Assembly (NCBI RefSeq): GCF_000142905.1
Contig: NW_013657666.1
Location: forward strand, 493,937 to 557,936
Direction of reading: 5' to 3'
Length of the DNA stretch: 64,000 nt
Source: Thecamonas trahens ATCC 50062
Taxonomy: Eukaryota > Protista > Apusomonadida
Numbering within the stretch: position 1 is the stretch's first letter; each line of letters starts with the position of its first letter. Of this stretch, positions 57,454 to 64,000 are shown in pieces. The notes under the pieces were generated by a model, which worked only from the letters and a program-made list of their open reading frames with translations, did not search any database and had not been told where the DNA came from. Both the position numbers and the translations under genes were made by a program.

Positions 57454-58314
57454 ATGTCGATCAACGCAGGAGTCGAGGGAGAGGACGGATACTACAAGGG
57501 CGCGGGAGGCAAGGATGAGGGTTACGCAGGGGTTGATGGTGGCGGCGTTGGTGGGGACGGTCGATTGGGCTCGGGACGGAATGCAAGGCGCGGGAGCGGT
57601 GGACGTCGGTGGTTGAGCAACTGCTTCCGATCGGTGCCGTATGCGTCGTTGCTTGCGGTGATGATGGCAGCTTCGGGGTTGTCTGCGGCATGGCATGGAT
57701 GGAAGCGGTTTCATGATCAGCTGGATGAGTATCTGACTGTTGATGAGATCCACAAGTACGAGCATTGGTTCTACGTTGCGGTCACGATCCCGTTCCTCTT
57801 TGATCTTCTGGCGCTGGTGGTAGCTCTCTCGGGAACAGGCGCCATCCAAGAGGCATGCTGCGCCAAGCGAGGCTGCTGTACCCGAATGGTGGGCAAGGTC
57901 TTGGCGGCGCTCATGTCGCTGGTCTCGTATGGGCTCGTCTTTTGCTTTGTGGCGCTCTTTTCGGCCTTTGTCTCGCTGTGGGGCTTCAAGAAGCTCTTCG
58001 ACTACGCCTGCGACGAAGTCGACTCGTTCTCCGAGTCCACCTGCATCGATCTCTCGCAGTTTGGGCTCGGCAACAAGATGTGTGGACCTAACTTTCGCGC
58101 CTTTTGTGTCGACTTGCGCGAGATGAACCCGAATCTGGTCTCGATCTTCTCGGGCCTGCTCCTCATCATCGCGGCGCAAGTCAACGTTGTCGTCATTCAC
58201 TGCGTCAACTACAACCGCATCCGCGATCGAGTGAACCGGTCGCGGTCAGCGCGAGTGTGGCGTGAAGAGTACTACGCCATGGCGCCAGAGGATCGGCCGC
58301 TGCTGCGGCGGTAA
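57454..58314 (+). CDS. Myelin proteolipid protein family (PLP/DM20/M6, lipophilin) tetraspan homolog
   Basis: CFRSVPYASLLA (TM1), TGAI after TM2, four Cys in the second extracellular loop with CIDLSQFG..KMC..NFRAFC, NYNRIRD after TM4; four TM segments. Confidence 0.85.
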   Translation: MSINAGVEGEDGYYKGAGGKDEGYAGVDGGGVGGDGRLGSGRNARRGSGGRRWLSNCFRSVPYASLLAVMMAASGLSAAWHGWKRFHDQLDEYLTVDEIHKYEHWFYVAVTIPFLFDLLALVVALSGTGAIQEACCAKRGCCTRMVGKVLAALMSLVSYGLVFCFVALFSAFVSLWGFKKLFDYACDEVDSFSESTCIDLSQFGLGNKMCGPNFRAFCVDLREMNPNLVSIFSGLLLIIAAQVNVVVIHCVNYNRIRDRVNRSRSARVWREEYYAMAPEDRPLLRR

Positions 58315-58319
58315 AGGCG

Positions 58320-59735
58320 TCAACCCATGACGTTGAGGCTGGTGGAGACACCGCGGTCGGACGAGACCGGCGAGGCCGAGCGCTCGCGGATGCGGACACG
58401 GACCTTTTTCTTGGAGCGGCGGCGCTGCGGTGAGGCTGCCGACGGCGGGGCACGACCGCCACCCTGCTGCGGTGCTGTCGGGCGGGCTGCGGGCTGAGAG
58501 GCCGGCTGTGGGTCGGGCGGGAGTGGGCGGCTCGGCGACAAGCTCGAGCGGCGGGTACGGCGGCGGTCGCGGTGGCGGTGGCGGTCGCGAACAGGCTCGT
58601 CGTGACGGGCAGACGATGTGGGCGACGCAACCGGGGAGCGCATGGCATGCGGGCGTGTGGTGGGGCCGCGGCGCGACGACGACGCATGGCGCATGGGCGA
58701 GAACGGGGCGGCGCGGAGGCCGGTGCCCAGCGCGGGGGTAAAGCTGACAGAGGAGCCGAGCGATGACGGCTCAGGGACCCGCGGCGCCGAGTGCGGGGCA
58801 CGGAGCGGTGACGGCCGCAGTGACGGCGCAATGGGCGGCGAGGTCAGCCCCTGCGAGGGCAGCGAGTCGTGGTGGAGCGAGACGTGGAAGGCAGTGGCGC
58901 GCTGCAGCTCCTGCTGCTGGAGCCAGGCGCGTTGCGGCGCGCGGGCGGCGGCAAGCTCAGCACGCAGCTTTTCGATGAGCATTTGCTGCTGCTCGACAAT
59001 GGCGACGAGGGCCTCAACGTCGGCGGTGTGGACGTCGATGCCACGGGCGGCCGGCGAGTCGTCGGTTGTTTCCCGCGGGCGCGGCGAGGCATCAGCGACC
59101 TGCGCAGCGAGCGCCTCCATTCGAAGGAGCATGGCGGCGTGCTCGCTACGAAGGCGGGCGACCTCGTTGCCTAGGCTGTTGTTCTCCGGAGCAGCAGTGC
59201 TCTGTGAGGACGCGAGGCGCGGGGTGGAGCGGGCGTGGCGCGACGGTGACGGCGGGTGCTGAGCTGGCGACGGTGCATGGAGCCAGCCATCGTCGTCCTG
59301 CTCCAGCATGGGCGAGTGTGGGTCGAGGAGCGGGCGAGCAGCCTGGTTGAGGCTCCCATCGTGGGCACGGACGTCAGCCATGGACGGCGGCGGGGTGGAT
59401 GCGTGGCCGAGCAGCGCACTGCGTCGGGCACGAGCATCGGCGGCGTCCTCCGGCGACGCATGGCGACGATCATCTCTTGGAACCGAGGCCAGAAGTGAGC
59501 GTGCGCGAGCAACCACATCATCCACGTCCGTCCTAGAGTCTGATGAGCGAGTTGATTGCGGACGCTGCGCGGCGAGAGGCTGGGCTTGCGGTTGGTTGCG
59601 AGGAGGCGTGGCTGTGCTTGAGCTGGGCGAGCTGGCAGCAAAGTGAAGAGAGGGGACGACCGAGTTGGATGACGGCGAGTACGACCCGTACCGCTGCATG
59701 GCGGTCTGAATGCGTTGTGAGAGGGAGTGTGGCAT
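58320..59735 (-). CDS. Hypothetical Ser/Pro/Arg-rich disordered protein with short coiled coils
   Basis: ~470-codon ORF with coding-like codon use; coiled segments EVARLRSEHAAMLLRMEAL and IVEQQQMLIEKLRAEL. Confidence 0.65.
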   Translation of the reverse strand: MPHSLSQRIQTAMQRYGSYSPSSNSVVPSLHFAASSPSSSTATPPRNQPQAQPLAAQRPQSTRSSDSRTDVDDVVARARSLLASVPRDDRRHASPEDAADARARRSALLGHASTPPPSMADVRAHDGSLNQAARPLLDPHSPMLEQDDDGWLHAPSPAQHPPSPSRHARSTPRLASSQSTAAPENNSLGNEVARLRSEHAAMLLRMEALAAQVADASPRPRETTDDSPAARGIDVHTADVEALVAIVEQQQMLIEKLRAELAAARAPQRAWLQQQELQRATAFHVSLHHDSLPSQGLTSPPIAPSLRPSPLRAPHSAPRVPEPSSLGSSVSFTPALGTGLRAAPFSPMRHASSSRRGPTTRPHAMRSPVASPTSSARHDEPVRDRHRHRDRRRTRRSSLSPSRPLPPDPQPASQPAARPTAPQQGGGRAPPSAASPQRRRSKKKVRVRIRERSASPVSSDRGVSTSLNVMG

Positions 59736-60026
59736 GGTCGCGGAGGGGAGGTGGAGTGGTGGGGGGGGGCGAGCGAACATTCTCGCGCGGAACAACGATT
59801 TCCAACGAATGATAATTGATGGTCAAAATGTGTGATTGTTGGCATGCGTAGCATGGTCAGTCGGTCGGGCTGTCGGGGGCGAGGGGTGGGCGGGCGGGCA
59901 GGGCGGGCGGGCGGCTCCTGGTAGGGCGGCAGAGAAGAAGGGCAGGAACAGTCACCCTCTCTCGCACTCGCAGGTGTGTGGAACGTGACCAAGACAGACT
60001 TGACTAGGGCCAGAGTAGGAGTAGCA

Positions 60027-61604
60027 ATGGCAGCACTGTCGTGGTTCCGGCGTGGGAGCAAGTTGCCTGCGGTGAAGGACGTAGTCAAGGCATGGGGAGA
60101 GTACATGGAGGTCCGTGGGAGTGGGGCTGGTGAGGCGACGGAAGAAGACGAGGAAGGTCCCGAGGCTGTGCTGGAGAAGGTCCTCAATGGTCTCCGTGCT
60201 CTGGCTTGTGGCGGTATTGAAGACTTGGTCCCTTCGGACGAGGTCGCTCTGGAAATGGCTGAGGAGGTGGTCAAGCACGACATGATGGTGGCCATCATGC
60301 GCGACCTGCCCGAGGTCTCCATCGAGAACAAAAGAGATTCACCTTTGTCTTCAACAACATGCTCTCGTCGGCGCTTGTCGGTCCGCTCATGCAATCGTAC
60401 ATCAACGCGCTCTCCAAGGACGACAAGAACGAGCTGCTGGACCTCGCTGTGACTGGCTACGGCCACTCGCCGCAGATGGCCGTTCTCTCCGGCTCGATGC
60501 TCCGCACCGCCATCACCACCCGCGAGTTTGCCGCCTACCTCCTCAACAACGCGCTCAACGACATCTTTGCCCACCTCCAGTCGCGCAACTTTGAGGTCTC
60601 GTCCGACGCGTGGGCCACGTTTAAGATGATGCTCACCCAGCACAAGGAGCTGACGGACGAGTACCTTAACGTCCACTACGACGAGTTTTTCCCGGCCTTT
60701 ATGACGCTGCTCAACCCAGACGGCGATGGGTACACCGCGTGCCGTGAGGCGCTCTCGCTCCTCGCCGACCTCATCTGCTACTCGGGCCCGGCCGAGTACC
60801 GCGTCCGCTTTATTTCCGAAGCCAAGCACCTCATTTGCATGCTCAACCTCCTCAACCACGAGTCGCGCATCATCAAGCTCCTCACCTTCCACGTCTTCAA
60901 GGTCTTTGTCGCCGCCCCGGCCAAGTCGCGCCAGGTCCACAAGGTCCTCGTCCGCAACCGCGACGAGCTGCTCAAGTTCTTTGAGAACTTTTTCCCGGAC
61001 TCGGACTCGGCCGAGTTCACCAAGGACAAGGCGTACGTCATCGAGCAGATCGCGTCAGTCGACAACGACGCCGGCATGCTCTCCACCTCGGACCCATCGG
61101 TCAACACCGCCGCCGCCGCCGCTGCCGCTGGCCGCCGGACGCCGCCCCGCGACGCCGGTTCAGGCGGCGACGACGCCGGCGCAGGCTCGGCTTCGGCCTC
61201 GGCCTCGACCTCGGCCTCGGCTGGCTCGTCGTCGGGCAAGGAGCAAGTCGCGCCGCAAGCGCCGCCGCCGCAGAGTCGTCGCCGGCGCTGACCTCTCGGC
61301 TGGCGGCTCCGAGGCCTCGCTCCCAGCGACATCGGCGTCGGGCGACGAGACCGGCGGCAGGGTCCGGCGCCGCACACGCTCGCGGTCCAAGGCCAAGACC
61401 AAGGCCAAGGACGACGCCGCCGGTGATGACGCCGCCGCCACCAAGCCGCGCTCAAAGTCCAAGTCCCAGCTCAAGGTCAAGAGCAAGACTCGCTCCGACT
61501 CCAAGTCCAAGGCCAAGACGACCGCGGCCGATGGAGGTGGCGACGACGACGACGACGGCGAGTCGGACTCGTTCTCGTTCTACTCGTCGTCGTTTGACTC
61601 GTAG
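60027..61604 (+). CDS. CAB39: MO25/CAB39/Hym1-family scaffold with a low-complexity basic/acidic tail; apparent frameshifts at ~60338 and ~61240
   Basis: ENKRD[F]TFVFNNML, GYGHSPQMAVLSGSMLR, NFEVSSDAWATFK..LTQHK, NVHYDEFF, SLLADL, FHVFKVFVAAPAK, LVRNRDELLKF, FTKDKAYVIEQI. Confidence 0.88.
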
Positions 61605-64000
61605 TTGCTCGTAAAGAAAAACAGCATGTACAGCGATTGTGGACGGTGAGAATTGGAGATCAGAAACGTGCGCGAAGCTGGCTATCGGTCACGGGGGCTG
61701 ACCCTCGCCACGGACAAGATCACGACGGACAGCATCCACTCTCCTCCCACCCGCATAGAGTGGTTGCTATGCCCGGACCTGTCGAGCTCGGCAAAGACAC
61801 CAAGGGCAGCTTCTGGCTCCACGATGCCTTCAACCACGTTGTGGCCTATGCTAGCTCACCCGGCTCGTTCACAGCGTCCCGGGCCTGGTCTTGTAGTCAT
61901 CATCAGCAACCATCGCAACCAAGTTCGAGTTCAGCCGTCTCCCTTGCTCAGCCGCTGCGTATTGAGAACGAGTCCGGAAGTATACCGGCGCTGCGTAGTG
62001 AGGTTGGGCAACGACCGAGGGAGTTGCGACCAAGCGAAGCGAGGTCTTGCTATCGAGCGGAGCGAGGTCTGGGAAGATGAGAGACGACGACAGGCGACCA
62101 ACAATCAACGGGGGCAGATGACGATGAAGACAACACCTCGCACCGGGCCAACAGTAACTGCGTCATTGTACTCGCTATCGCTCTTCCGCTTCCCCTTCTG
62201 ATTTCGATCTTGCGCCCTCATCCTCGACCGTAGCCTCGACATCGGCCTGCCCGCTCGCTCGCTTGGGCTGTCGCTCGCTAAGGCCCGCCCGGCAGCGATC
62301 CGGTGCCGATGGTAATCCACAGCAGCTGGCTTGCTCGCGATGTATGGTTCGTTCATCCCTCCCCCTTGTTACATCCCTCTCTTCCACCCTTTCTCTCCTC
62401 AGCAGTCGCAGCTTCGGCCTCAGCCACGGTCACCGCCTCGGGTCTTCATCCGCCATCGCAACCATGAACGCCGCCGCCTCAATCATCACTCCCATCGCCA
62501 GCCATTGCCATCCCCCATCCCCATCACTATCCTCAGCATCAGCATCAGCCTTACTACCAACCTGGTCATCGCTGCCTCGGGCTTGGGCTTCCTCTTCTCC
62601 CGCAGCAGCAGCATCAGCACGGCCCTCATGCCGGCGAGTGGCTGAGCGACGAGTGGCTGGCCGTGACTCGATCGCTCGCTGCTCGCCTCGGCCTCGGCCA
62701 CAGCAGCAGCGCTAGCTGTGGCAGCCGCCACACTCATCCCACTCCAGCCATCTATAACCCCTCACCTCCATTCCCTGTGATCACACCAGCCAGTCCCCCT
62801 GTATAGCCAGCTGCAGGTTGTGCTGAGCTTGATCTGGCTTGATCTGGCTTGGCTGCGGGTGGTTGAGCGGACGGGAGAGCGAGCGGCGAGTTGCTGGCCA
62901 GTGAGCAGTCGACACGAGACGACGACACGGGCATCAGGACACAAGATCGGGCGGCAGACCAGTGTAGTCTTGTCAATTACCTCACCTTCTATCCCTTCTC
63001 CCTCGCCTTCCCTCCCTCTTCTTCGCTCTGACCAGCCCACTGGCCTCGTCGGTCCCGTCGGTCCTCTCGCCACCAGCTGTGTTGGTTGACAGGTGGGCTG
63101 GGGCAGGATGGGCAAGGCGGGGAGAAGAAGGGGAGGTGGTGGTGGGGGAAGGGACTGATAGCCATTGCCACTTGTCTCACTATTCACGGGTAGATCATAC
63201 TAATCTCGTGCTCTGCCTAGCCTGATCGGGGTTGTGCCGGCGGTGGGCGGGTTGGCTCGGGCGGCGATCGGTGGTGAGCAGCAGGCGGTCGGCAGTGATG
63301 CTGATGACGGGATGCTGTCGGCTGATGTGTGTATCGGGGCTAGTGGAGTGGGTGGATATGTTTTCAGGGGTAGTGAGTACGTGTGGTGTGCGTGTGGTGG
63401 CTATGGGTGGGGATGGTCGGGAGCGGGGGTCGGAGATGGGCCCGGGGAGGGGGGGTCAGCACCGTCGAAACGACACCAGGCCAACAAGTTGGGCCTCGGG
63501 TGGCAGAACTCGGATTCTGGAATACTGCAGCTGTGGATTGGAGACTGTACATGGGGGAAGTGTGTGTATGGAGTAGGGTAGTAGTGAAGTCAGATTGGGA
63601 ATGTCTTGCAATGAGGTTGGTGGGGGGCGTGTGCGGAGTCGGGCGGTCGAGGGCGTGCTCAACCACCTAGGCAAAACAAGCCGACGCGGAAATGAGCCGA
63701 GGAAGATGGGTGTCGATGACAGCGATATTTGTACTGGTGATAGTGTGAGGTGAGTGATGACCAGTAGTGTGGTCGCGGGTTGTGTAGCTGGCAGTGGGAA
63801 GGAGCTAGGTGGTAGTGAAGGTGGGCCGATCGGGCGAGCGGGCGGCGGCTGGCGGCTGGTGGTCGGCGAGGCAGGGGCAGCAGAGGGGGCTGGGTCGGGG
63901 ATGGGTGGTTTGAGAATGCTGTTGGTTGGTAGTGGGCAGTATGGCATGTGATGGTTGAGGGGTATGGGTGTCGAGGTCGGGAATGAGGATGAGGGTGAGA

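Noticed and set aside
59171-60940. 589-aa minus-strand ORF and other long antisense ORFs (e.g. 16382..17821, 51318..52793)
   Set aside because: Antisense or alternate-frame shadows expected from high-GC3 codon bias over real genes

Overview
GC-rich, gene-dense, intron-poor eukaryotic (protist) nuclear DNA with two 100-N scaffold gaps. Composition and gene content suggest an apusomonad such as Thecamonas, but this is an inference and was not verified. About 19 protein-coding genes are supported. Conserved housekeeping genes: P5A-ATPase, eIF6, ATG18/WIPI, CAF-1 large subunit, STE24, VPS13 and MO25. Unusual genes: (i) a myelin proteolipid PLP/DM20/M6-family tetraspan, from a family normally regarded as animal; (ii) a spliced fusion of a Vps4-type MIT domain to a Skd3/human-CLPB-type AAA+ domain; (iii) a steryl-sulfatase-like pseudoenzyme whose catalytic Cys is replaced by Ala; (iv) a spliced fusion of an MDH1B/PPIL6-type N-domain to a degenerate ALDH, missed by the ORF track; (v) a CAF-1 p150 with an extra Myb domain and a duplicated winged helix; (vi) DENN plus DUF547; (vii) a giant receptor-like protein with two FG-GAP propellers, a beta-helix and a multi-TM domain. 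Seven single-base frameshifts, all after the second gap, are most likely assembly errors. A 38-bp interspaced repeat array lies upstream of ATG18 and is not a CRISPR. No RNA genes or intact mobile elements were recognised. All family assignments come from motif recognition by eye, not database searches.
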